A DNA stretch of 49,156 nucleotides. Origin: Nitrospinota bacterium (GTDB taxonomy: Bacteria; Nitrospinota; Nitrospinia; Nitrospinales; VA-1). Below, piece after piece: positions 10,997 to 19,931 of the stretch (within the stretch, counting starts at the first letter, position 1; each line of letters starts with the position of its first letter). Under the pieces are notes generated by a model that was not told the origin of the DNA, made no database searches, and saw nothing but the letters and a program-made list of their open reading frames with translations. The DNA is taken from positions 1 to 49,156 of the forward strand of contig JACNKA010000104.1 in the NCBI GenBank assembly GCA_014382285.1. The letters run 5' to 3'. Position numbers and translations under genes: made by a program.

Positions 10997-11012
10997 AGCA
11001 AGGAGTATGCCA
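10997..11012 (-). promoter_or_regulatory. Sigma-54 (-24/-12) promoter for tpsB-tpsA
   Basis: The minus strand reads TGGCATACTCCTTGCT, which is GG-N10-GC with the TGGCA…TTGCT consensus, oriented towards tpsB. Confidence 0.7.
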
Positions 11013-11344
11013 AACGGAAGGGTTCACGAGAAAGCGCATAACCAGCTTAAATACATATGTTTATGAGATTGTTTGACGGGGCTGTGTAATTAGGCGTCGC
11101 AGCTCACAAGGTAATAATTTCATCAATCCGTCAATAAATTGTTTTGTTCACTAATTTTCAGGAAGTGGGGCGGGAAAATCTGGCAGGACAAGAAAAACAG
11201 GGAGTTCCAAATATTCACACTATATAGATTTACAAACACGTCTTTATTATTTATGATGGGTGGCAAAAAACAGGCCTTTTCAATAGCTGGTGTGAGGGGC
11301 AGATCGACCACTTAGGACACTGAATTATGAAAAGGAAAAATACG

Positions 11345-11533
11345 ATGGTGATTTTGAATATGTGCGACTTTTGTTCGTACGAGAGGTGTGATTGTGACGC
11401 TCAGCCGACTCTGGCTGACCGGCTGAATCTTGACAACCTCGACTCGGCGCAAAAAAGCTTCGTGGTAGCTTGCGACAAGTATAGAAGCCCTGTGGATGTG
11501 CTCAAAGAGAGATTTCACGACCCCAACCTGTAG
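11345..11533 (+). CDS. Small cysteine-rich protein (CxxC-x4-CxC…C)
   Basis: AAGGA RBS before the ATG at 11345 (ORF open from 11327); 62 aa with five Cys. Confidence 0.65.
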   Translation: MVILNMCDFCSYERCDCDAQPTLADRLNLDNLDSAQKSFVVACDKYRSPVDVLKERFHDPNL

Positions 11534-11638
11534 GAAAGTGCCCCTATTTCAACTTTTTTGAACGCACCTCGGTTTAAACCCCCTGTTTTTTATTAAGTTT
11601 TTCGAACTCATTCAGAACAAATGCTCACCTTCTCAATC

Positions 11639-11677
11639 TTTACAGGGTTGTAACAATGGCTTAACAGACATGTAATG
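11639..11677 (+). promoter_or_regulatory. Pho-box-like (OmpR/PhoB family) direct-repeat array
   Basis: TTTACA (11639), GTAACA (11650), TTAACA (11661) and GTAATG (11672) at an exact 11-bp period. Confidence 0.55.
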
Positions 11678-11732
11678 GTTACAGCCTAAACTGTTTCCCA
11701 TAACAAGACTTTATTGGGAAAGGGGAACAACT

Positions 11733-12161
11733 ATGCCTTGGGAAAAGGATAAGAAAAAAAGGTTGGCTGAATATCTTTGGGCGGAGATCAATAAAGCAAT
11801 CCTGAAATCTCCTGATGTGCAGCTCGCCATAAAGAAGCTTGAAAAATTACAGCTCCTTGATTATGTGGCAGAGTTTAATCTCGTGCTGGAAGTGGACAAG
11901 CTGATAGAAAGCATTTTGAAAAAAGGTGCAGAGAAAGAAGCCGAACCTGACTCGATCCACAAGGAAACACAACTGCATGACGAGCATGACCCGGAAGAAA
12001 AAGCATTGCCCAATATTTCCTCGGTCTTTTCTTCCAAATCCAAACAGTGGGTTGACGGTAGTGCCCTGTCAGAAAATGAAATCCTCTTTGAAGAATATTT
12101 GAATCGGGGGTTCGATGAAAAACACTGGATGGAAAAGGCTAAAATCCGCTTCGACAGCTAG
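11733..12161 (+). CDS. Hypothetical protein
   Basis: AAGGGG RBS; 142-aa ORF with a helical N-terminus, acidic linker and conserved-looking C-terminus. Confidence 0.75.
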   Translation: MPWEKDKKKRLAEYLWAEINKAILKSPDVQLAIKKLEKLQLLDYVAEFNLVLEVDKLIESILKKGAEKEAEPDSIHKETQLHDEHDPEEKALPNISSVFSSKSKQWVDGSALSENEILFEEYLNRGFDEKHWMEKAKIRFDS

Positions 12162-12208
12162 TCGTCCAGCGAGAAAAATAGCGGCGCAGAATAAAGTCTC
12201 TGATTATC

Positions 12209-12472
12209 TTATGGAGTGGTGAGCAAGTGATCGGCAATGAGGACGATGTTCTGCTTGTTGACAGCAAGGAATTCCGATTTGAATAGAACATTTCCGGTCA
12301 GCAGGCAGTAAACCGTTGCATCAAGAACCGGGATAAAATTTTCGTCTCCCTGATTCAACATGTCCAGAAGACGATTACTCGGGAGTTTTGAAATTTTTCC
12401 TTCTATTTTTTCCCCCGATGTTCGAATTACCGCATCAACCGTTTCTTTCTTCACAAAAGCGTTATAGGCCAT
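12209..12472 (-). CDS. Small beta-rich hypothetical protein (DUF6812-like)
   Basis: GAGG RBS before the ATG at 12472; motif IRT…IEG…RLLDMLN…FIPVLDA…FLAVNK. Confidence 0.7.
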   Translation of the reverse strand: MAYNAFVKKETVDAVIRTSGEKIEGKISKLPSNRLLDMLNQGDENFIPVLDATVYCLLTGNVLFKSEFLAVNKQNIVLIADHLLTTP

Positions 12473-12729
12473 AACCCAATCCTCTTGAATTTCCAATAAT
12501 TCACCTACTTACTTCTTAATCGGATGGCCTCATTTTAACCCCCAAAAAAATTAAAATCCAGTAAAACCTTTTTAATTTCAATGCGCTAGAGATCCAACAC
12601 CGGAACATTGTTTTTTTTAACCAGCTTGTCCTGCTTCTTTCTTTAAGGTGCCCTATGTTACAATCGCCGGGCCGCTGGAAACCTTTGTATTTCAAAATAT
12701 TCTTAATCCTTTCTGGCGCTCAATTTCGC

Positions 12730-14790
12730 ATGAAACCAAAAACAATTTCAACGCAAATACCCGTACCCAGCCGCCTGCAAGGTACCGATGGGGTACGCCG
12801 AGAAATCAAATTGGCAAAGGATTCCGAATGCAAAGGGCAAACTCCAATACAGGTGTTTCTGGAAAAAGGCTGGATCACTGAAGAGTTCATGGAGCTCTAT
12901 GCCTATTGCTACGTCAAAAACCAGCCCAGGAACAAATCAACATCCTCTAATAATAAAACCATCGTTATCGGCTGGGACCCTAGAGACCCTTCCGGTGTTT
13001 TCACGGAAGCCGTGGTTCGGGGTGTCCGCAAAGCGGGAGGGAAAGCCCTGGTTCTGGGTGTCGTGCCAACCCCCCTGGTTCCCTTGTTCATGCTGCATGA
13101 AGGGGCAGATGGCGGCATTATGGTCACGGCTTCCCACAATCCCAAAGACCAGAATGGCATTAAACTTTTCCTGCCTTTTCATGGTGTGAAACCGTTGCCC
13201 GCTGACGATGCCGAGCTGACCCAAAACCTGCTCAAGCAAAACTTCGTTGCCATAAAAAAAGCTTCCATAAAGGGCGGAAAAACCGATTGTCGACAAAAAG
13301 CCCTGGAACTGTTTCGACATTTTTCCCTGCTGCCAGAAAATTCATGGATTGAATCTCGTGCTACTTTGAAAAACCTCACTCTGGTCGTAGACCCCGCTTG
13401 CGGGTCACTGGCAGGAATCGCCGCGCAAATTTTTCGGGAAGCCGGAGTCGGCAAAGTCTATGAAGTCAACAAAAGTGGCGCGGTCAATCTACGTTCCGGA
13501 GTCGCGGACCTGGAAGGGTGCCCACGCATCACCGCAGACATGATCTTGAAACCGGGCAGTCGCTTCCATCGCCATAAAGCCGTCGTCAAACTTTTTGAAA
13601 TCGGTCGGGCAAACCAGGAGTCAGCAAAGTCTGGGAAAAAAAGAATTGCCGCAGCCATCTTCGATGCGGATGGAGACCGGTTTTTCCGCCTCGAATACGA
13701 TCCATTTCAAGACACATTGTGGGTCTTGAGCGGAGACGAGACTGCTATTCTGCAGGCACGGCATCTGGTGTACCACAACAAGCACAGCGGATCGCTTTAT
13801 ATCAACACCGTGGAGAGCGATCTCAATGCTTCTACCTCCGCCAAGTCAATGGGGTTAAGCCCTCTCCTCACGGCTGTTGGAGATAAGTGGATTCTGCTTA
13901 AAATCCGCCTCGCTCTATTGGAACAAAAACTGGTCACAGCAAAGCTTGCGAAGAAAAAATCAACGCAACTTAAAAATAAAATTAAACCATTACAAAAGAA
14001 TGGAGTGACGAGCGTAAACGCGCTTCTGGACCTTGATGCATTAATTTCCGAAGCCCCTGACACAACAAAAAATGAAGTCCTGACAGTAGGCAGTGAGGAA
14101 ACGGGGCACAACATCACCACGGGTTATTTGACCCTACCCAACAAAAAGAAAATGCAGGTGTATTCCGGCAATGGGTTAAAAAGTGCTCTCAATACCTTTG
14201 CCGCCACCGAGCAACTGGCATTAACCCTGCCACCGGAAAAGTATATCCGGTCCATTCGTCAACCTTTTCCCCCAGGTTTTAAATCCACTCTTTACACGTA
14301 TTACATCCGTCAGGACCTGTTTTGCCGGGATTCTCAAGTGTGGGCAAAGGTGAAGCGGCTTTTATTGCAAACCGCAAAACAAAACGGATACTCCGGCAAA
14401 ACCCGAAATTTCCCTGACGACCCGGATATGTTATATATTTCCCTTGCAGAGGGGAAAGTCGGTGTCTTTGTTAGAAATTCCGGCACCGAAAACAAAATCA
14501 GCGTTAACCTGCGCGGCAGAAAATCGGATGCCAGCAAACTGAAAAAAATAGGACTTGAAATTCATAAACTATTGTTCTCTCTACTTAAAGATCCTGACAA
14601 CGCTTTATATAAAATGGAACTGTACGCCCTCAGTCAAATCGCGTCTCAACCCGTGACCGATGAAAAGCTGGAAGTGAAAAACCAGTACAGGTTAAGACTG
14701 ATCGATGAAATGAAAAAACAAAACCTGATTCAATCCAGCCCCGAGGGAAACCGCCTGACCCCTCTGGGAAAGTGGTATATACTTCATTAA
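12730..14790 (+). CDS. Alpha-D-phosphohexomutase (GlmM/PMM-like), enlarged
   Basis: GTDGVR, DPR, PTP, catalytic TASHNP, metal-binding DADGDR, GSEETGH and VRNSGTE motifs. Start uncertain (12655 or 12730). Confidence 0.85.
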   Translation: MKPKTISTQIPVPSRLQGTDGVRREIKLAKDSECKGQTPIQVFLEKGWITEEFMELYAYCYVKNQPRNKSTSSNNKTIVIGWDPRDPSGVFTEAVVRGVRKAGGKALVLGVVPTPLVPLFMLHEGADGGIMVTASHNPKDQNGIKLFLPFHGVKPLPADDAELTQNLLKQNFVAIKKASIKGGKTDCRQKALELFRHFSLLPENSWIESRATLKNLTLVVDPACGSLAGIAAQIFREAGVGKVYEVNKSGAVNLRSGVADLEGCPRITADMILKPGSRFHRHKAVVKLFEIGRANQESAKSGKKRIAAAIFDADGDRFFRLEYDPFQDTLWVLSGDETAILQARHLVYHNKHSGSLYINTVESDLNASTSAKSMGLSPLLTAVGDKWILLKIRLALLEQKLVTAKLAKKKSTQLKNKIKPLQKNGVTSVNALLDLDALISEAPDTTKNEVLTVGSEETGHNITTGYLTLPNKKKMQVYSGNGLKSALNTFAATEQLALTLPPEKYIRSIRQPFPPGFKSTLYTYYIRQDLFCRDSQVWAKVKRLLLQTAKQNGYSGKTRNFPDDPDMLYISLAEGKVGVFVRNSGTENKISVNLRGRKSDASKLKKIGLEIHKLLFSLLKDPDNALYKMELYALSQIASQPVTDEKLEVKNQYRLRLIDEMKKQNLIQSSPEGNRLTPLGKWYILH

Positions 14791-14818
14791 TCACACAGGG
14801 ATAAATAGCAAAAGAAGC

Positions 14819-14894
14819 AAATCCCCCCAACCCCCTTCGTAGAAGGGGGAGTTTTAATGGACCCCTCTTTTCCAAAGAGGGGCTGGGGTGATTT
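14819..14894. repeat. GC-rich double-hairpin REP-like element, family 2, copy A
   Basis: Hairpins cccccttc-gta-gaaggggg and cccctcttt-tcc-aaagagggg enclosed by the outer pairing aaatcccccca/tggggtgattt. Confidence 0.75.
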
Positions 14895-14933
14895 ACAACC
14901 CTTAGAAAATTAACTTAGTTTTAGGGACCACGA

Positions 14934-15743
14934 ATGTTTATGAAGGACTTAAACCTGTTTTTTTTAAATTTGGCCGAACCTTATCGTGAGATTTTTTCCG
15001 ATTGCGAACGGGTATGGGACCCTTTAAAAACACTGGGCCCTCTGCTGGAAAAACTGCTACAACAAAAGGCTGAGAGCGGGTCCTATGTCTCTCATTTGCA
15101 GGGGATAAAGACCACTCTCGATTCCACCAGCTACCACCGTGGTGGAAAAGGACTTTATGTTGAAGACTGGATTGACTTGGCCGAGTCGGTTTATTTGAAG
15201 GAACTGGATATCTTCATCGGCAAGGGAACGCAGTTGGAACCTTCGGCCATCATCAAAGGCCCCGCCATGATTGGTGAGAACTGCGACATCCGACAAGGGG
15301 CCTACATCCGTGGCAATGCTCTGGTTGGGAACCACTGCGTGATCGGCCATACCACTGAACTGAAAAACAGCATTCTCATGAATCACACCGAAGCAGGCCA
15401 TTTCAATTACATCGGTGACAGCATAATAGGGAGCCATGTCAATCTAGGCGCAGGATCGAAACTGGCCAACCTGCAGTTTAGAAGTGCTGATGAAAAACTA
15501 AAGGGCTATATCAACCCTGTTCATATTCCTCTCGACTCCGAGACCCTGGATACCGGAATGGAAAAACTCGGTGCAGTGATCGGTGATAATGTTGAACTGG
15601 GTTGCAATGCCATCGTCTGCCCCGGCGCGCTGATTGGGAAAGATGTCTGGGTCTACCCCGGCCTGACTATCCCCAAAGGTTATTACCCTGCCAAAACCCG
15701 GCTCGTTCCAAAAGAACGCAAACCCCGATCCCTCGAAGGATGA
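14934..15743 (+). CDS. Hexapeptide-repeat (left-handed beta-helix) acyltransferase resembling the C-terminal domain of archaeal-type GlmU
   Basis: IKGPAMIGENCDIRQGAYIRG, HFNYIGDSIIG, VNLGAG and KLGAVIGD motifs; lies next to the GlmM-like gene. Confidence 0.8.
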   Translation: MFMKDLNLFFLNLAEPYREIFSDCERVWDPLKTLGPLLEKLLQQKAESGSYVSHLQGIKTTLDSTSYHRGGKGLYVEDWIDLAESVYLKELDIFIGKGTQLEPSAIIKGPAMIGENCDIRQGAYIRGNALVGNHCVIGHTTELKNSILMNHTEAGHFNYIGDSIIGSHVNLGAGSKLANLQFRSADEKLKGYINPVHIPLDSETLDTGMEKLGAVIGDNVELGCNAIVCPGALIGKDVWVYPGLTIPKGYYPAKTRLVPKERKPRSLEG

Positions 15744-16264
15744 TGGAACAAAACGAACCCGACAACAAAACCCGGCTCGATAGTTTTTTTGATATGTTCG
15801 ATGCCGTCGAAGAAGATATTTCCCAATTGGTTTCTGATGACAATGAAGTGGCCGCAGAAATTGGCGGCTATGAATGCCTGTACATCGCTTTCAGCAATCT
15901 GCGACTATATTGCGAAAACTCAGGAGTCAATCTGGAACAAATCAAAGACCAATATCAGGCGCTCAAAGAATCACCCGCTAACGAAGAGTCTGAAAGCTTC
16001 GCGATTCAGGAAGACCTGGTTAAAACCAACGAAGTCATTAATTTCTGCAAACTGCTGGAACAGATTGAAAACAGTCTTTCCGCTTTTGAACAACGTTGCA
16101 AAAATAGCGAAGAAGTTTTTGACGAGTGGAACGGTGTTTTCATCATGTACTCCTACCTCAGGAATTATTGCGCCAAAGAAGAAGTCGATTATAAAAGCCT
16201 CCAGCAGGAAATCTCGCAACTCCATGCAGAAATGAAAAAAGACGAAAATTCCCAGGAAACTTAG
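15740..16264 (+). CDS. Acidic hypothetical protein with an internal duplication
   Basis: ATGA overlap with the previous stop and a GAAGG RBS; two similar halves containing LRxYC. Confidence 0.75.
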   Translation: MMEQNEPDNKTRLDSFFDMFDAVEEDISQLVSDDNEVAAEIGGYECLYIAFSNLRLYCENSGVNLEQIKDQYQALKESPANEESESFAIQEDLVKTNEVINFCKLLEQIENSLSAFEQRCKNSEEVFDEWNGVFIMYSYLRNYCAKEEVDYKSLQQEISQLHAEMKKDENSQET

Positions 16265-16379
16265 ATATTTGCAGAATCCGTGCCTATTAAATGATATATT
16301 GCTTGTAGCGGTTTTCTGCAGGGGGTCTGCAAAATAGCTGAAAAATCCGGGAAAAACCATATAAATCATTGAATAAAAA

Positions 16380-16461
16380 GCCGAAGTGGCGAAATTGGTA
16401 TACGCGCTGGTTTTAGGAACCAGTGCCGCAAGGCGTGGAGGTTCGAGTCCTCTCTTCGGCA
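16380..16461 (+). tRNA. tRNA-Leu (anticodon TAG)
   Basis: Acceptor stem GCCGAAG/CTTCGGC, anticodon stem CTGGT/ACCAG with loop TT-TAG-GA, long variable arm, GGTTCGAGTCC T-loop. CCA is not encoded. Typical position upstream of tig. Confidence 0.96.
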
Positions 16462-16534
16462 TTAGATATCAAGATTTATAAACGCGCAGGGTTCACGAGG
16501 TACTTGGCGCCAATCTTTAAATATTTGGAAAGTT

Positions 16535-17878
16535 ATGAAAATCGAGATAGAAGACGTTGATTCCTGTAATAAAAAAATCAAGTTTGAGATTCCTCACCAG
16601 GAATACGACACCAAACTGAAACAGTATTACCAGAAACTCGGGCGTGAGGTTAAGGTTCCCGGGTTCCGTCCAGGAAAAGTGCCCCTTGCCATGCTGGTAC
16701 AAAAGTTTGGTCCGGATGTCAAAAAGGAAGTCCTGAGCAACCTGATCAGCGATCAACTCAATAACGCCATTGTTGAAAAAGACCTGAGAGCGGTGGGCCA
16801 ACCCCATCTTTTGGATGTCAGCGCTGAAGAAGGAACAGATATCTCTGTTTCCGCATCTATCGAAGTGCTCCCCACTGTAGAACTCAAGGACTACTCCGGC
16901 ATTGAGCTGGCAATGAAAACCCCGCGTATCACGGATGAGGATATCAGCCAAACGATTGAAGCCATACGCCAGCGCAAGGCCAAAAATGTCGATGTGACCG
17001 ACCGACCAGCGCAAGAGAAGGATCTGCTCAAAGTAGATTTTACCAGCAAGATTGGTGATGAGCCCTTTGAAGGAGGGGCCGCGAAGGACCAGATTATCCA
17101 GGCAGGCGGAGGGCAATTGATTGAAGGGCTGGACAAGGGCATGATCGGCATGGAAATTGGTGAAACCCGGGACATTCAAGTGAAGGTTCCCGATGATTAC
17201 CAAAATAAGGAAATCGCCGGAAAAGATGTCGATTTCCAAATTGTTCTGAAAGGCGTTCAGGAACAAAAATTACCCGATCTGGACGATGACTTTGCTAAAA
17301 ACATAGAGGATAAGGATTTTACAAGCCTCGATGACATGAAGCTGAAAATTCGCTCCGAACTGGAAGAATATGAGCGCAAAGAAGCCCGCAAGGCAATCAA
17401 AAAGCAACTGACGGAAAAAATCAACGAGCAGAATCAGCTAGACCTTCCCGAAGGACTAGTGAAAGAGCAGGTCAAGTTCATGGTCGAGCAAGGCCAAAAG
17501 GCAAAGGAGAAAGCCGGCGGTCAAAAACATGACCACGATCATGATCACGACCATGGTGTCGAGGTGACCCCGGAGTTGCTCGATCAATATCGCGAACCGG
17601 CCATGAAAGCTCTGCAGGAAGAATTGATTCTCGACCAGTTATCTCGCGACCTGGAATCGCAAGTCAGCGAAGAAGAGTTGGAGAAGGAAGTCCAAAACAT
17701 GTCCCAATTGCTGGGCGGGGGGAACCTGCAACAGATAAAACGTGAGTGGGAAAAAAATGGGGTTCTGGCCCGCCTCCACAGCCGCATGAAACGGGATAAA
17801 ACCCTTGACGCTGCACTGGAAAAAGTAACGATTAAAGAAGAAATAGTTGACAGAAAAGATTTAATTGCTGATAATTAA
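16535..17878 (+). CDS. tig: Trigger factor
   Basis: PGFRPGKVP ribosome-binding signature, FKBP domain and tig-clpP-clpX synteny. Confidence 0.96.
   Translation: MKIEIEDVDSCNKKIKFEIPHQEYDTKLKQYYQKLGREVKVPGFRPGKVPLAMLVQKFGPDVKKEVLSNLISDQLNNAIVEKDLRAVGQPHLLDVSAEEGTDISVSASIEVLPTVELKDYSGIELAMKTPRITDEDISQTIEAIRQRKAKNVDVTDRPAQEKDLLKVDFTSKIGDEPFEGGAAKDQIIQAGGGQLIEGLDKGMIGMEIGETRDIQVKVPDDYQNKEIAGKDVDFQIVLKGVQEQKLPDLDDDFAKNIEDKDFTSLDDMKLKIRSELEEYERKEARKAIKKQLTEKINEQNQLDLPEGLVKEQVKFMVEQGQKAKEKAGGQKHDHDHDHDHGVEVTPELLDQYREPAMKALQEELILDQLSRDLESQVSEEELEKEVQNMSQLLGGGNLQQIKREWEKNGVLARLHSRMKRDKTLDAALEKVTIKEEIVDRKDLIADN
17847..17875 (+). promoter_or_regulatory. Sigma-70-type promoter for clpP within the last codons of tig
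   Basis: TTGACA-N17-GATAAT, about 130 bp upstream of the clpP start. Confidence 0.6.
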
Positions 17879-18002
17879 AAATCAACCATTACAAAGATAT
17901 CTAATTATTTTTTAATGACTTACACGCAAAAAACGCTTCCTGGATCACAGTTCGGTTCAGAGAAAAGTTTTTCCTTGCCTAATTCTTAATCTTGAGAAAA
18001 CC

Positions 18003-18638
18003 ATGACAGAAATTCACAACCAATTGGTACCTATCGTAGTAGAACAAACCAGTCGAGGCGAAAGATCTTATGATATTTATTCGCGCCTGCTCAAAGACCG
18101 GATCATTTTTATAGGGAGTGCCATTGAAGATCATATGGCTAACCTGATCATCGCCCAGTTGCTGTTTCTGGAGTCGGATGAGCCTGATCAGGATATCTAT
18201 CTTTATATCAACAGTCCCGGTGGACAGGTTAGTTCTGGAATGGCTATCTATGACACAATGCAATATATCAAGCCGGATGTTCAAACCATCTGCATAGGTC
18301 AGGCGGCCAGTATGGGAGCCCTGCTTCTGACAGCTGGCGCACCAAACAAGCGATTTGCCCTACCGCATTCACGCATCATGATTCATCAGCCGAGTGGCGG
18401 ATTTCAGGGACAGCACACCGATATCGAAATCCAGGCTAAAGAAATCACCAGAATCCGAGCCATTCTCGATGGCATTATGGCCAAGCACTCAGGGAAAAGT
18501 GTTTCCCAGGTCCACAAAGATACCGAGAGAGATCACTATATGACAGGTGAAGAAGCCAAGAGTTATGGCCTCATTGACAGTGTCATCAGTAACCGGGAAG
18601 AAGTCAAATCGGATGACAAGAGTAAAAAGAAAAGCTGA
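18003..18638 (+). CDS. clpP: ATP-dependent Clp protease proteolytic subunit
   Basis: [25 protein letters not shown] and IMIHQP motifs. Confidence 0.98.
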   Translation: MTEIHNQLVPIVVEQTSRGERSYDIYSRLLKDRIIFIGSAIEDHMANLIIAQLLFLESDEPDQDIYLYINSPGGQVSSGMAIYDTMQYIKPDVQTICIGQAASMGALLLTAGAPNKRFALPHSRIMIHQPSGGFQGQHTDIEIQAKEITRIRAILDGIMAKHSGKSVSQVHKDTERDHYMTGEEAKSYGLIDSVISNREEVKSDDKSKKKS

Positions 18639-18679
18639 TTCGAGTAGAATGAGCACCCCACCCAAACCCCGAGGGCTTT

Positions 18680-19927
18680 ATGGCAAAGAAAAGTACAACC
18701 ACCGGAAATTACCGCTGTTCTTTTTGCGGTAAAAGTCAGGAAGAAGTCAAAAAACTGATTGCCGGACCCAGCGTCTACATTTGTGACGAGTGTATTGAGC
18801 TTTGCAATGAAATCATGGTGGAAGAGTGGGCCCAGGAAAAGGGCGAAGACTTCCAGCACCTTCTCAAGCCGCATGATTTATTCAAGCATCTCGACCAATA
18901 TATAATTGGGCAGGAACGCTGTAAAAAAATCCTCTCGGTTGCCGTCCACAACCACTTCAAACGAATCGACTCCAATTCAGACACAGATGATGTGGAACTG
19001 CAAAAAAGCAATGTGCTTTTGATCGGCCCCACCGGGTCCGGGAAAACTCTCATGGCTCAGACCTTGGCGCGAATTCTTGATGTTCCCTTCACTATTGTAG
19101 ATGCGACCACTTTGACCGAAGCTGGTTATGTGGGAGAAGATGTGGAAAACATCATTTTAAAACTTCTGCAAAACGCCGACTACGATGTTGAAAAAGCCGA
19201 GCGCGGCATCATCTATATAGATGAAATTGATAAGATTTCCAGGAAATCAGAAAATCTTTCAATCACCCGTGATGTTTCCGGTGAAGGTGTGCAACAAGCA
19301 CTTTTGAAAATCATTGAAGGCACAACAGCCAGTGTTCCCCCTCAGGGCGGACGGAAACACCCGCATCAGGAATTTCTTCAGGTCGACACCACCAATATTC
19401 TTTTCATCTGTGGCGGTGCATTTGTCGGGCTGGGCTCGCTGATTCGCAACCGAATCGGCAAGAAAAGTCTCGGTTTCGGACATGAAATTATTTCCAAAAA
19501 GGAACTTGATGAAGAAGATATTTTTGAGAAGACACAACCGGAAGACCTGCTTAAATACGGTCTCATTCCTGAATTTGTCGGGCGTTTTTCAGCCGTTGCC
19601 ACGTTGAAAGAACTGACCATCGAAGCGATGGTAAAAGTTTTGACCGAACCTAAGAACGCTCTGATCAAACAATACAAAAAATTATTTGAGTTTGAAAACA
19701 CCAAACTTAAATTCACCGATGCGGCAATCCGCGCCATCGCCGAAAAAGCGACCGAACGCAAAACCGGGGCAAGAGGCCTCCGTGCTGTTCTGGAAGAGAC
19801 CATGCTCGATATTATGTTTGACCTCCCTTCCCAGCCAGACGTGGAAGAGGTGATCATTAATGACGAAGTAGTTCTTAACGGCGAAAAACCCATGTTGGTT
19901 TACGAAAACAAAAAACAGGCCAGTTAA
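18680..19927 (+). CDS. clpX: Clp protease ATP-binding subunit
   Basis: CSFC…CDEC zinc finger, [19 protein letters not shown] and GARGLR motifs. Confidence 0.98.
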   Translation: MAKKSTTTGNYRCSFCGKSQEEVKKLIAGPSVYICDECIELCNEIMVEEWAQEKGEDFQHLLKPHDLFKHLDQYIIGQERCKKILSVAVHNHFKRIDSNSDTDDVELQKSNVLLIGPTGSGKTLMAQTLARILDVPFTIVDATTLTEAGYVGEDVENIILKLLQNADYDVEKAERGIIYIDEIDKISRKSENLSITRDVSGEGVQQALLKIIEGTTASVPPQGGRKHPHQEFLQVDTTNILFICGGAFVGLGSLIRNRIGKKSLGFGHEIISKKELDEEDIFEKTQPEDLLKYGLIPEFVGRFSAVATLKELTIEAMVKVLTEPKNALIKQYKKLFEFENTKLKFTDAAIRAIAEKATERKTGARGLRAVLEETMLDIMFDLPSQPDVEEVIINDEVVLNGEKPMLVYENKKQAS

Positions 19928-19931
19928 AATC

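Noticed and set aside
11261-11276. Sigma-54-like TGGCAAAAAACAGGCC upstream of the small Cys-rich gene
   Set aside because: The spacing is right but it lacks the TTGC -12 element; too weak to call.
16380-16461. tRNA with 'TAG' as an amber suppressor, or as an integration site
   Set aside because: Anticodon UAG reads Leu CUA codons, whereas a suppressor needs anticodon CUA. No integrase or duplicated tRNA 3' end is present, and tig follows directly.
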